Made by a program: the position numbers and the translations under genes. The notes under the pieces were generated by a model. The model worked only from the letters and a program-made list of their open reading frames with translations. It did no database searches and had not been told where the DNA came from. From NCBI GenBank assembly GCA_964568775.1, contig CAZMQW010000002.1, forward strand, positions 4,354 to 68,353: a DNA stretch of 64,000 bases. The letters are read 5' to 3'. Positions 55,476 through 64,000 of this stretch are shown here, piece after piece. Every line of letters begins with the position of its first letter. Position 1 is the stretch's first letter. Source of the stretch: an uncultured Candidatus Saccharibacteria bacterium (GTDB lineage Bacteria; Patescibacteriota; Minisyncoccia; Minisyncoccales; MHMH01).

Positions 55476-55887
55476 TAGCTTTTTTGAGAATTGCTTTGGC
55501 GTTTTGAAAATTCAGCTGGTTTAAAGCTTCCTGGTAAGGAAGCCACTGATAGCCAATATGTTCAGAAGAAACTTTAATATTATTGTTTTTTGTTTCCGCT
55601 AAATAAAAAATAACTGTTTTAAAAACGATTTTACCTTTATCTTTAAAAAAATATTTTATCCATTCTTTAAACCCGTCAACAAATTTGATGTCGGCTAAAC
55701 CAGTTTCTTCCGCTACTTCCCGGCTGACGGTGGCTTCTGGCTTTTCGCCTTTCTCAATATGGCCCTTAGGAAAATCCCAATAATCTTTGGCGGTTCTGGA
55801 ACCAGTTGGATAATGTAAAAGAAGATAATATATTTTACCTCCTTCTTTCCTAAAAATGACGGCACCAGCCGATTTTTCTAAAGGCAT
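55447..55887 (-). CDS. NUDIX hydrolase
   Basis: 146 aa with Nudix box GHIEKGEKPEATVSREVAEETGL (Gx5Ex7REVxEExG). Confidence 0.85.
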   Translation of the reverse strand: MPLEKSAGAVIFRKEGGKIYYLLLHYPTGSRTAKDYWDFPKGHIEKGEKPEATVSREVAEETGLADIKFVDGFKEWIKYFFKDKGKIVFKTVIFYLAETKNNNIKVSSEHIGYQWLPYQEALNQLNFQNAKAILKKANDYLSKKSA

Positions 55888-55891
55888 AATA

Positions 55892-56386
55892 TTAAATTCT
55901 CAAAATCAATGGTATTTCGTTGCACTCCGAGGGGAAACGGGGGCAATCGGCGCATTCCTGCCAGATCTTTTGGGGTAAATCTGTTTTTTTTATTTCTTTG
56001 AACCCCAACTTCTGGAAAAATTCCCTGTTTTCTTCAACCGTCAAGGTGAATATTTTATTCATCTCCATCTTTTTTGCTTCTCTAATGCATTTTCTGACAA
56101 GCCTAGTACCGATGCGTTTTCCTTGATATTTTTCTAAAATAGCCAATGACTTGATCTCGGCCAAAACAGATTCACGACTTCCGGGCCGGTATTCTTTGCC
56201 TAAAATATGCAAAGCGCAACAGCCGACAATCTTTTTATTGACCACGGCCACCAAATAATCCCTGATGTTGCTATAAATCATGTAAATCGGCCGGAACATC
56301 ATAATTTCTCTTTTGGCGTAAAAATCAATCATTTTCTTGATTTTCACAGCGTCGCTGATTTTCGCCTTTCTAATAATTGTTTTCAT
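55892..56386 (-). CDS. GNAT-family N-acetyltransferase
   Basis: Acetyl-CoA binding motif A LEKYQGKRIGTRLVRK. The ORF is open to 56449 but I prefer Met MKTIIRKAKISD. Cys-rich C-terminus (CADCPRFPSEC). Confidence 0.7.
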   Translation of the reverse strand: MKTIIRKAKISDAVKIKKMIDFYAKREIMMFRPIYMIYSNIRDYLVAVVNKKIVGCCALHILGKEYRPGSRESVLAEIKSLAILEKYQGKRIGTRLVRKCIREAKKMEMNKIFTLTVEENREFFQKLGFKEIKKTDLPQKIWQECADCPRFPSECNEIPLILRI

Positions 56387-58092
56387 TTTAAAAACTTTAA
56401 CAATTGTTTCAAATGGTAACAGTTGATGATGTCTTTTTTCTCGGCCCAACCTCTTCGGGCTTGGGCAATGCCGAATTCCATAAACTTCAAGTGGTTTTTA
56501 TTATGGGCATCCGTATTAATTATCATTTTAACCCCGGCTTCTTTCGCTTTTCTGATATTAACATCTTTCAAGTCCAATCTTATTGGCTGGGCGTTTATCT
56601 CTAAGATAACATTGTATTCTTTGGCCGCTCTTAAAATTTTATCGAGATCAATCTGCGACTCATCGCGCTCGCCTATTTTCCGACCGGTAAGATGGGCGAT
56701 GATATTAACGTACGGATTCTCCATAGCTTTAACGATTCTTTCAGTCATCTGTTCTTTCCCCATTTTAAACCTAGAATGAACACCAGCTATAACATAATCA
56801 AACTTCTTTAGAACTTCGTCTTTTATGTCCAATGAACCGTTTTCCAGAATGTTCACTTCGGCTCCTTTTAAAAGTTTGATCCCTGTTATCTTTTTATTTA
56901 ACTTATCTATCTCTCCCATCTGCCTTATAAATCTTTTTTCGTTTAACCCGTTGGCTATTGGCAGTTTTGCGTGGTCGCTGATGCCCAAGTATTCATGCCC
57001 CAAAGCCTTGGCCGCCACAGCCATTTCTTTAATTGTCTGTTTCCCATCGCTCCAGTCGGAATGGCAATGCAAGTTTCCTTGAATATTTTGGTAGCCAATA
57101 ATTTTTGGCAGTTTGTTTTCCAAAGCCGCCTCAATCTCTCCTTGGTTTTCTCGAAGTTCTGGCTCCATCCATTTCATGCCCAAGGCCTTATAAACCCCCT
57201 CCTCCGTCTGTCCGGCCACCAGTTTTTTACCTCGGAATAGGCCGTACTCGTTAAGTTTCAATCCTCGGCTGATGGCAATGCGACGAGTGGCAATATTATG
57301 CTCTTTTGACCCGGTAAAATACTGCAAAGCCGAGCCAAAGCTTTTATGCGGCACGACCCTGATGTCCATATCAAAGCCGGCCGCCATCCTGACCGAAGCT
57401 TTGGTATTCCCTTTGGCCCAAATTTTAACGACGCCGGGCAGAGAAACAAAAAAATCCATCACCTTGACTGGATTTTTAGAAATGACCAAAAAATCAACGT
57501 CGCCGATAGTCTCTTTCATCCTTCTCAAAGAGCCCGAAAAATTGACTTGTTCAACCTCTTTTAGTTCTCCCAATTTTGACTGAACTTCTCTGGCAATCGG
57601 CAATATATCTCCCAGAAGAAATCTGCCTTTACTCCTTTTTAAAAATTTGATGCCTTCCAAAATATTTTTTTCCGTCTTTTCGCCGAAACCGAACAAAGGA
57701 GCGATCTTATGGGCCCGGGCCGCTTTCTCCAGTTCCTTTAAATTCCTAATGCCCAGTTTTTGGTAAAGTTTCTGCGCCTTTTTCACGCCCATGCCCTCAA
57801 CCGCACTCATTTCTCCCAAATTGATGGGCGTTTTCTTTTTAAGCTGCTGATGGATTCTTATTTTGCCTGTCTTCAAATATTCCTCTATTGCTTTGGTAAT
57901 GCCCTTGCCTATGCCCGGCAGCCCTTCAAATCCTTTTTTGCCTTTGTTTTTATAAATCTCTGCAATGTCTTCTTCTAAGGACTCCAAAGTATCGGCCGCT
58001 TTCCGGTAGGCATAAGGCTTGAACGCCACTCCCTCCATTTCCAAATAATCGGCTATCTCATAAAATATTTTAGCCAGCTCCTGATTTTTCAT
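56383..58092 (-). CDS. polX: family X DNA polymerase with C-terminal PHP domain (PolX)
   Basis: 569 aa. Pol-beta-like N-terminus with HhH motifs (GLPGIGKGITKAI, GMGVKKAQKL), nucleotidyltransferase GDVDFLV and PHP His cluster HCHSDWSDG. Confidence 0.85.
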   Translation of the reverse strand: MKNQELAKIFYEIADYLEMEGVAFKPYAYRKAADTLESLEEDIAEIYKNKGKKGFEGLPGIGKGITKAIEEYLKTGKIRIHQQLKKKTPINLGEMSAVEGMGVKKAQKLYQKLGIRNLKELEKAARAHKIAPLFGFGEKTEKNILEGIKFLKRSKGRFLLGDILPIAREVQSKLGELKEVEQVNFSGSLRRMKETIGDVDFLVISKNPVKVMDFFVSLPGVVKIWAKGNTKASVRMAAGFDMDIRVVPHKSFGSALQYFTGSKEHNIATRRIAISRGLKLNEYGLFRGKKLVAGQTEEGVYKALGMKWMEPELRENQGEIEAALENKLPKIIGYQNIQGNLHCHSDWSDGKQTIKEMAVAAKALGHEYLGISDHAKLPIANGLNEKRFIRQMGEIDKLNKKITGIKLLKGAEVNILENGSLDIKDEVLKKFDYVIAGVHSRFKMGKEQMTERIVKAMENPYVNIIAHLTGRKIGERDESQIDLDKILRAAKEYNVILEINAQPIRLDLKDVNIRKAKEAGVKMIINTDAHNKNHLKFMEFGIAQARRGWAEKKDIINCYHLKQLLKFLK

Positions 58093-58097
58093 AACTC

Positions 58098-58757
58098 TTA
58101 TTGTTTAGGCAAATCAGGCTCTTGGAATGCTTTGGCTTCCGGCACCCGGGGAGATTTTTTATTTTTGGGACAGATATCTTTATAAATCAAAAATGGCAAG
58201 AAAGCAGAAGCTAAGGCGAAAACTCCCACGCCGATAAATAAAACATTGAAGCCGAAAGTGCCGGCGATCAGCCCGCCTGCAGCTCCCGAAACAGCCGCCC
58301 CTATTCCGATAGCCGTGCTCCTGGTTGACCACTCAAAAGCTTCTTTGCCTTTATCGATATGACGGGTAAAGATGGCTGACCAGGCCGGAATATTCATGGC
58401 CATGCCTAAAGAATAAAACGCTTTTAAAAAATAGATGTGCCAGGGCAAAGAAGCAAAGATGAAACCAAAAGCTGACAAAGCAGCTAAAAAGTTGCCGATA
58501 ACGATGAAATAAATATCGTCTTTCTCGCCGTGGTTCTTATCCAAGTATTTACCGAAGGGAATTTGCAAAATTGATTTGACCCCCCAATAAACTGCCATGG
58601 CAAAGCCAGTTATCATAGCGGCTTCGGCCGTGTCGCCGACCGTAATTCTCTGGGCGATGAAAATAGCGAAGATTGGCGCAATAAAACCAAAACCGGTCAA
58701 TAGGGCGATATCGGACAGGGTTAAAACTTTGATGACTTTGTTGATGGACTTGAGCAT
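58098..58757 (-). CDS. hypothetical 6-TM membrane protein (MFS half-transporter-like)
   Basis: 219 aa, hydrophobic helices with Gly-rich segments. No diagnostic motif. Confidence 0.35.
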   Translation of the reverse strand: MLKSINKVIKVLTLSDIALLTGFGFIAPIFAIFIAQRITVGDTAEAAMITGFAMAVYWGVKSILQIPFGKYLDKNHGEKDDIYFIVIGNFLAALSAFGFIFASLPWHIYFLKAFYSLGMAMNIPAWSAIFTRHIDKGKEAFEWSTRSTAIGIGAAVSGAAGGLIAGTFGFNVLFIGVGVFALASAFLPFLIYKDICPKNKKSPRVPEAKAFQEPDLPKQ

Positions 58758-58761
58758 ATTT

Positions 58762-59769
58762 TTATTTGTTGTTCAGCCAGCCGTTAAGCTTCCTAAAAAG
58801 GAGAACCTGGAACAGGCTGACGCCCAGCTTAAGAAAGAAAATGATGCCGACAAATGCCATGAACAATTGAGCTCCCCTTTGAATAGTAGTAAAAGCCAAG
58901 GCAGTGCCAGTTTCCAGGCCCAAAGCGTTAAACGCGAAAAATTGGACCGTTTCATGGATTCCTAAATCAGCTGGAATGGGAATTATCATGGCGATGTAGG
59001 CGAAACTCAAAATGGGTAAAGCAACTAAAATACCGATGCTTTTGCCCAAAAACAGCACCAGAAACCAGCACCTTAACAAAGTGACAATCACTCTTAAGAA
59101 AGCCAGGCCCAGTCCTTGCCAGAAAGCTGCTTTTTTAGTCTTGAAATAGCCGAATGTTTCTCTTTCAATTTCAATAATTGCTTCGTTCGGCAGGCCCCGG
59201 CGATTGAAAAATCTGATTATCGGCCAAGCAATACTTTCCCGGCGGAAGCATTTGAAATAAAAAAAGCCGATGGCAATGGCAGAAACAAAAAGGAATCCTA
59301 TTAAAAATATAGCTAAGTTCCGCGGCGGCATCCCAATATTTGCCAGAAAGAAGCCGAGGCCGACGAGAATAGCAATAAAAAAAACAGTCCCTTCTAAAAT
59401 CTTATCAATCACCACGGAACTGGCTGCTTTTTTCCAGGGAACTTTGTATTTCTCTTTTAAAACATATGTTTTGAAGACCTCTCCGCCGATAATGAAAATC
59501 TGGAGAATATAATTTATGGTGAAACAGCTCAAATAAGGGCCGATCAGCTGTTTCATTGACAATCTCTGCCCCTGGCTTTTCAAAATCACCTGCCATTTCA
59601 AAGCTCCAACCCAAAGCATTAAAAAAGTCAGCGCTAAAATCACTAGTCCTTGCCAGCCGGTAAAAATCGAAAAGGCTGACTTGATCTCTTGCCAACCGAC
59701 TAGCTTGATAATCCAGGTTAAAAGCCCGACACCAACGAATAAAGAGATGAAAAAATTGAGAATTTTCAT
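58762..59769 (-). CDS. UPF0104 / lysylphosphatidylglycerol-synthase-TM-like (flippase-like) membrane protein
   Basis: 335 aa. N-terminus LLTWIIKLVGWQEIKSAFSIFTGWQGLVILALTFLMLWVGALKWQVIL typical of the UPF0104 family. Confidence 0.6.
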   Translation of the reverse strand: MKILNFFISLFVGVGLLTWIIKLVGWQEIKSAFSIFTGWQGLVILALTFLMLWVGALKWQVILKSQGQRLSMKQLIGPYLSCFTINYILQIFIIGGEVFKTYVLKEKYKVPWKKAASSVVIDKILEGTVFFIAILVGLGFFLANIGMPPRNLAIFLIGFLFVSAIAIGFFYFKCFRRESIAWPIIRFFNRRGLPNEAIIEIERETFGYFKTKKAAFWQGLGLAFLRVIVTLLRCWFLVLFLGKSIGILVALPILSFAYIAMIIPIPADLGIHETVQFFAFNALGLETGTALAFTTIQRGAQLFMAFVGIIFFLKLGVSLFQVLLFRKLNGWLNNK

Positions 59770-60020
59770 TATTCAGCCAATTTGTTTAACTCTTCTAATA
59801 ATTTCTTTTCGTCCAACATATTAGCTTTGACCAGCTGTTCAATCGTTTCCGATTGCGCCAAAGGACAGCCGGCACAGTGTAGCCCGTAGTTCATAAAAAT
59901 AACGGCTGTCTTGGGATATTTCTTCAATATCTCATCAACCGTCATCTCCTTTGTGATTTTTGGAGTTTTAACCATATGTTTTATTATCATATCATTATCT
60001 TCGGAAATAAAAAGGGCCAT
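59769..60020 (-). CDS. DUF1858 redox-disulfide domain protein (hybrid-cluster-protein-associated type)
   Basis: 83 aa with FMNYGLHCAGCPLAQSETIEQ (CxGC motif). Confidence 0.7.
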   Translation of the reverse strand: MALFISEDNDMIIKHMVKTPKITKEMTVDEILKKYPKTAVIFMNYGLHCAGCPLAQSETIEQLVKANMLDEKKLLEELNKLAE

Positions 60021-60146
60021 ACTCTATAATATGGCCTGGATTATTTGTCATGGCTTCTATACGAAATAAAATAGTTCATCTAGCGATCTATCAAAGAAGC
60101 CCGGCGTACGCCGACAAAAAATTTTCCATTGATCCTACGCTTACCA

Positions 60147-60620
60147 CTATTTAAACGGCTTTATTTTCTTTATTTTATAGATAGTTTTAACCGGTGAAGG
60201 AATAACGATTTTATCTCCCGGCTGATGGCCCAAAAGAGCTTTCCCGACCGGCGATTCATCGGAAATCCGGCCGATGGACGGATTGGCTTCCAGGTGACCG
60301 AGGACGGTAAACTCATTATCCTGGCCGTCAACCGAAACCAAAACAGTAGCGCCCAAATGCACCGTATTTTGTTTTCTTTTGACGGGGGGTTTGATGATTT
60401 TGCTGTTTTTCAAAATATATTCAAGCTTGGTCAGTTTTGATTCCAATAAACCTAAATCTTCTTGAAAAGCAGCGTATTCGGGATCCAACTCGTCGGAATT
60501 GATAACCTTGGATGATTCTCCTTTTGTTTTAGCCAGCTTTAATTTCTCAAGATATTCATACTCCCGTTTGATTTTTTCCAGCCCTTCTTTAGTCAGATAA
60601 AAAGTTTTTTTCTCCGGCAT
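60147..60620 (-). CDS. greA: transcription elongation factor GreA
   Basis: 157 aa. N-terminal coiled-coil YLTKEGLEKIKREYEYL. C-terminal FKBP-like domain with VSVDGQDNEFTVLG. Confidence 0.9.
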   Translation of the reverse strand: MPEKKTFYLTKEGLEKIKREYEYLEKLKLAKTKGESSKVINSDELDPEYAAFQEDLGLLESKLTKLEYILKNSKIIKPPVKRKQNTVHLGATVLVSVDGQDNEFTVLGHLEANPSIGRISDESPVGKALLGHQPGDKIVIPSPVKTIYKIKKIKPFK

Positions 60621-60844
60621 AAAATTACAAATCCCCTTGACTTGGGGGATTAACTGATTTCTTGAATTAATATTTGTTAACCTCCTCAGCAGACTAGTTT
60701 ACCAAATGCTAAAACGCCCCAAATATTTTCAAATTGACCGATTTTCTCTTGATATTCTTTTAACATTGCTGTTAGCTTATTTTAGGAAAAATAAGGGTAT
60801 TGTCAAGGCCGGCGAGAAAACCTAAAATAAAGAATACATTCATG

Positions 60845-61867
60845 ATTGAAGTCGACGGTTCATATTTAGAGGGGGACGGACAGATTTTAAGAACAGCTGT
60901 CTCTCTAGCGGCAGTTACCAAACAGTCCTGCCGTGTTTTTGATATTAGAAAGGGCCGGCCCGAACCTGGTTTGAGGCCGCAGCACCTTTTGGGTATTAGG
61001 GCCTTAAACGAATTTGCCAAAGGCAACTTAGAAGGGGATGAGTTAGATTCAACTGAAATTAAATTCTCCCCCGGCGATATTGAGCAAAGTTTAACCTCGC
61101 TTAACATTAAAATTGAAACAGCCGACAGCATCACTCTAGTGCTGCAAGCGTTAATTTTGCCGGCTTTATTCGCTCCCTCGCCTGTCAAAATAGTTTTTGA
61201 CGGCGGGGCAACTGACACTTTTTTCTCACCGACGATTGATTACTCCCGTTATGTCTTAATGGAAACCTTAAGAAAGTTGGGGGTTAAAATGGAAATAAAC
61301 ATTTTAAAAAGAGGCTACTATCCGGCTGGCGGAGCAAAGGTTGAGATAACTGTTTTCCCTGCCAAACTGAAAAATATTAACTTAACCGAGCGAGGACAAT
61401 TAAAAAGAATCCTGGCTATCTCTGGAGCTGCCCTATCGCTTAAAGAGAAAAAAGTGGCTGAAAGACAACTGGCCGGGGTAAGAGAAGTTTTGGGAAAATT
61501 AAAGCTGCCTCTTGAGGAAAAAGCAGAATATTACCAGGCCCAATCGCCCGGCAGCCAGATTTGCCTGATAGCTGAATTTGAAAATACAATCATCGGCACT
61601 GACAACCTGGGCAAGCTGGGTAAAAGAGCAGAAGACATCGGGAAAGAAGCGGCTTTGGAGCTTTTAAAGGAACAAAAAAGCCAAGCAGTATTAGATAAGC
61701 ACTTGGCTGATCAAATTTTACCTTATCTGGCTTTGGCTCCGGGCAAATCACAGGTTACTGTTTCGGAAATAACCAATCATTGTAAGATTAATATCTGGGT
61801 GATTGAAAAATTCGTAAAAGGGAAATTCAAAATAGCCGGTCAGCAAATATCCTATTCAGCAAGTTAA
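60845..61867 (+). CDS. rtcA: RNA 3'-terminal phosphate cyclase
   Basis: MIEVDGSYLEGDGQILRTAVSLAAV... matches RtcA N-terminus, including the His-adenylylation region. The ORF is open from 60800 but the Met at 60845 aligns with the family start. Confidence 0.85.
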   Translation: MEVDGSYLEGDGQILRTAVSLAAVTKQSCRVFDIRKGRPEPGLRPQHLLGIRALNEFAKGNLEGDELDSTEIKFSPGDIEQSLTSLNIKIETADSITLVLQALILPALFAPSPVKIVFDGGATDTFFSPTIDYSRYVLMETLRKLGVKMEINILKRGYYPAGGAKVEITVFPAKLKNINLTERGQLKRILAISGAALSLKEKKVAERQLAGVREVLGKLKLPLEEKAEYYQAQSPGSQICLIAEFENTIIGTDNLGKLGKRAEDIGKEAALELLKEQKSQAVLDKHLADQILPYLALAPGKSQVTVSEITNHCKINIWVIEKFVKGKFKIAGQQISYSAS

Positions 61868-62218
61868 ATAGAAGAGGCCGATAACTCTCTCCTGCTCCCC
61901 TTCCTCTTCTTCTGATTCTTCTTTCCTGATGTTAAAGGTTTTGGTCGCCTGCTCGGTCCTGTCAATAATCAACTCGATGCCGCGGGATTTGATTTCCCGG
62001 CGGGCTTCCTCGGTCACTTGGGCAGAGCCTGTCTCACCAGTGCCGATAACAATGGTCTGGGGATTTTCAGCTAAAGCTCTTTTGACGTCCTCAACGTCAA
62101 TAATATGAGATTCGTCCCTTGACCAATCTAAAATTTCATCGGTCCATCTAATTTCAACATCGTTATGATAGGTTTGGCCGTCAATGACAATGGACCCAAA
62201 TTTATATTCTTCAATCAT
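61856..62218 (-). CDS. Mth938-like domain protein with acidic C-terminal tail
   Basis: 120 aa. YKFGSIVIDGQTYHNDVEI...IVIGTGETG pattern resembles Mth938/NDUFAF3-like domain. Poly-Glu tail. Confidence 0.4.
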   Translation of the reverse strand: MIEEYKFGSIVIDGQTYHNDVEIRWTDEILDWSRDESHIIDVEDVKRALAENPQTIVIGTGETGSAQVTEEARREIKSRGIELIIDRTEQATKTFNIRKEESEEEEGEQERVIGLFYLTC

Positions 62219-63462
62219 ACCAAAGTTCCCTGCTTAGACAGGGCTTTTTGTTCGCCTTGAGAAAAAATCTTAATCTGGCCGTAAACCCCGTCGTAACCGG
62301 GCGTAATAAATACTTTACCTTCTCTGACCCTGGCAATACCTTCGGCAATCTCGGGCAGGGTAGCGGCGGCCAGATCTTCTTTAGCCACATCAAGTAGAAT
62401 GTTGAATTCATTGCCAAGCTTCTTGATTAAGTTTTTGTATTCCTCGCCGACCCGCTTGCTGGCAACGGTAACGCCCAAGCTTTCAGCAATGATTTCATTT
62501 AAAGGAATCAAGCTTTTAAAGGGAATGGCTCTTTCCGGCTTGAAACCGGGTTTTCTATCGGCCAGGGAATCTATCCGGTTCATAACCCCGATAGTCAACG
62601 GCCGGCCGCAGGTCGGACAAGTATTGTTGTATTTTTTTGATTCCTGGGGCGACAAACGAACATCGCAGTTGCGGTGGCCGTCGTAATGATATTTGCCTTC
62701 TTCAGGAAAGAATTCGATAGTGTAGAGAAACTCTTTTGGGTCTCCTTGTTTAATTGCTTCGGTAATAGCGCCATAACTCATCTCAATATCAAAAACATTG
62801 GCCTCCCGGCCTATCTTTTGGGGACTGTGGGCGTCGGAATTGCTGATTAAGGTAATTTTATCCAAAGCGGAAAGCCGCCAGTTCATCGGCGGATCGGAAC
62901 TTAAGCCAGTTTCAATTGCATAGATATGTTTTGAATATTCTTCAAAACATTCCTCAATAGAATCAAAGCCGGACTTTGAACCGAAGATGGAAAACCAAGG
63001 CGTCCAAGCATGAGCCGGCACAACCAAGCAGTCTTTTGAGGCGCCCAAAGCGATCTTGGCCAATTCTTTAGCGTCCAGACCCAAGATCGGCCGGCCGTCT
63101 GACTTTAAATTACCAATCCAACCCAAATGCGCGTTAATCTTGTCGACCACCCCAAAAGAAGGAGCAAAAATAATAATATGAATTTTCCTGACCCGGTTAT
63201 TTTTAGAATAAATGCAACTAATTTCTGAAGTTAAAATAAAACGCGTCGCCCCGTCGCCGTTTTTTATCTTAAACAAGCCCGGTTCGGCCGGAGTTAATTT
63301 TTCTTTAAGAGATTTAAACCATTCGGGATGAGTAAAGTCACCCGTTCCCAAAACATTAATCCCTTTAATTTTGGCCCATTTATCCAAACTCTCCAAATTC
63401 ATATCTTTGGAGGTGGCCCGGGAATATTTGGAATGTAAATGGAAATCGGCGATGAATTTCAT
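62215..63462 (-). CDS. PHP-domain protein of the TIGR00375 / endonuclease Q-like family
   Basis: 415 aa. N-terminus MKFIADFHLHSKYSRATS (PHP His motif), further His/Asp ligands, and C-terminal CPTCG zinc knuckle. Confidence 0.55.
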   Translation of the reverse strand: MKFIADFHLHSKYSRATSKDMNLESLDKWAKIKGINVLGTGDFTHPEWFKSLKEKLTPAEPGLFKIKNGDGATRFILTSEISCIYSKNNRVRKIHIIIFAPSFGVVDKINAHLGWIGNLKSDGRPILGLDAKELAKIALGASKDCLVVPAHAWTPWFSIFGSKSGFDSIEECFEEYSKHIYAIETGLSSDPPMNWRLSALDKITLISNSDAHSPQKIGREANVFDIEMSYGAITEAIKQGDPKEFLYTIEFFPEEGKYHYDGHRNCDVRLSPQESKKYNNTCPTCGRPLTIGVMNRIDSLADRKPGFKPERAIPFKSLIPLNEIIAESLGVTVASKRVGEEYKNLIKKLGNEFNILLDVAKEDLAAATLPEIAEGIARVREGKVFITPGYDGVYGQIKIFSQGEQKALSKQGTLV

Positions 63463-64000
63463 TTATTTCGCGAAAATACAATAAAAAACCTCAAAGAAAA
63501 TACCTATAACTAATAAAACCGGCAAAAGGTATAATAGGCGGTGCATTTTTTGTGATTTTCTCTTTAAAAATTCCTTGTAAATCAACACAACCACTGTACC
63601 GGCCAACCCGACGCCCACGGCTCCGGCCAAGCCAATAATATCGATAAATTCTTTAAACCCGAGCAAAAACAAACCTAACGGCAGAAAACAAGCGATAAGC
63701 CAAGAGACATTCTTTGATACGCCCATATCATACCAAAACATCTTTTTCAAAACCAAGCCCAAGGTGATAAAAGAAGTAAAACAGGTAATCATACCGAAAA
63801 CAAAACCAAGATTAATAATACCGTTTCCTAAAACCTGGTAAAATCCTGACATAGCTTCTTTGGAAGTGTTAAAGCCTGTTGCCCCAAAAATAGTTACCAC
63901 AAAAAACAGATAAGTGATAGTGGCTAAAGAAATCCCAACAACAATCGCTCTTCTCAAAAGCTTCCTATTCCCACCCAATATTTCTTTCATTTCCGGCACC
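63463..64000 (-). CDS. integral membrane protein (amino-acid-permease-like), 3' portion; gene continues beyond window
   Basis: Hydrophobic ORF open to the window edge. Listed Met is probably internal. Confidence 0.35.
   Translation of the reverse strand, partial: VPEMKEILGGNRKLLRRAIVVGISLATITYLFFVVTIFGATGFNTSKEAMSGFYQVLGNGIINLGFVFGMITCFTSFITLGLVLKKMFWYDMGVSKNVSWLIACFLPLGLFLLGFKEFIDIIGLAGAVGVGLAGTVVVLIYKEFLKRKSQKMHRLLYLLPVLLVIGIFFEVFYCIFAK

Noticed and set aside
60147-60149. Apparent 1-nt mismatch between my hand-counted greA stop position (60146-60148) and the ORF-track coordinate
   Set aside because: Most likely my own counting error over a long span. I kept the ORF-track coordinates. This is why all hand-derived coordinates are stated as +/-1-2 nt.
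1-64000. CRISPR arrays, cas genes, restriction-modification, toxin-antitoxin or other defence systems
   Set aside because: No short regularly spaced direct repeats, and no ORFs with nuclease/methylase/Cas-like motifs, were found. Intergenic space is minimal and all large ORFs are accounted for by housekeeping functions.

Overview
This is a dense, low-GC, largely single-strand stretch of housekeeping genes from a small-genome bacterium. The content is consistent with a Patescibacteria/CPR-like organism: minimal IscS/IscU Fe-S system, anaerobic NrdDG ribonucleotide reductase, many overlapping gene boundaries and weak Shine-Dalgarno signals. Nearly all of the window is coding.

Features I can support:
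- Long minus-strand operons encode cysteine desulfurase with the start of a NifU/IscU scaffold, then a cell-envelope glycan module (methyltransferase, two GT2 enzymes, a clan GH-A hydrolase, a polytopic membrane protein, a GT-B transferase).
- Further minus-strand genes: ComEC, NrdG-NrdD, FtsA-FtsZ, YbeY, YqeY, S21, HIT, HisS, LepB, ParA, PAP2, TsaD, TsaC, a PP-loop ATPase, a sugar nucleotidyltransferase, YvcK, a 2-oxoacid:ferredoxin oxidoreductase pair, GlmS, LeuS, TatD, MetG, RsmI, an AI-2E permease, an M16 peptidase, GlyQS, RecO, IleS, ArgS, a PurF-like protein, MGMT, NUDIX, GNAT, PolX, DUF1858, GreA and an EndoQ-like PHP protein.
- Plus-strand genes: Pth, a compact Mfd, TopA, RelA/SpoT, tRNA-Leu(CAA), SmpB followed by a tmRNA (ssrA) that I identified directly in the sequence, then infC-rpmI-rplT with a bidirectional terminator, and RtcA.
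- No CRISPR arrays, transposases, integrases, toxin-antitoxin pairs or recognisable defence systems were seen.

The most unusual observation is an in-frame insertion of about 200 aa with a complete histidine-phosphatase (PGAM-like) motif set inside the catalytic core of isoleucyl-tRNA synthetase.

Secondary findings:
- A ParA gene is followed only by a 68-aa peptide resembling the ParB N-terminus.
- A processive GT2 synthase (QxxRW motif) sits next to a clan GH-A hydrolase, forming a putative exopolysaccharide module.
- A PurF-like protein lacks the Cys1 nucleophile.
- The tmRNA has a G3.U70 acceptor pair and a tag that appears to end ...PALAYA.
- ComEC, Mfd and MGMT are all domain-minimal.

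All calls rest on motif-level reading of the supplied translations and sequence. No database searches were run. Coordinates I derived by hand may be off by 1-2 nt.
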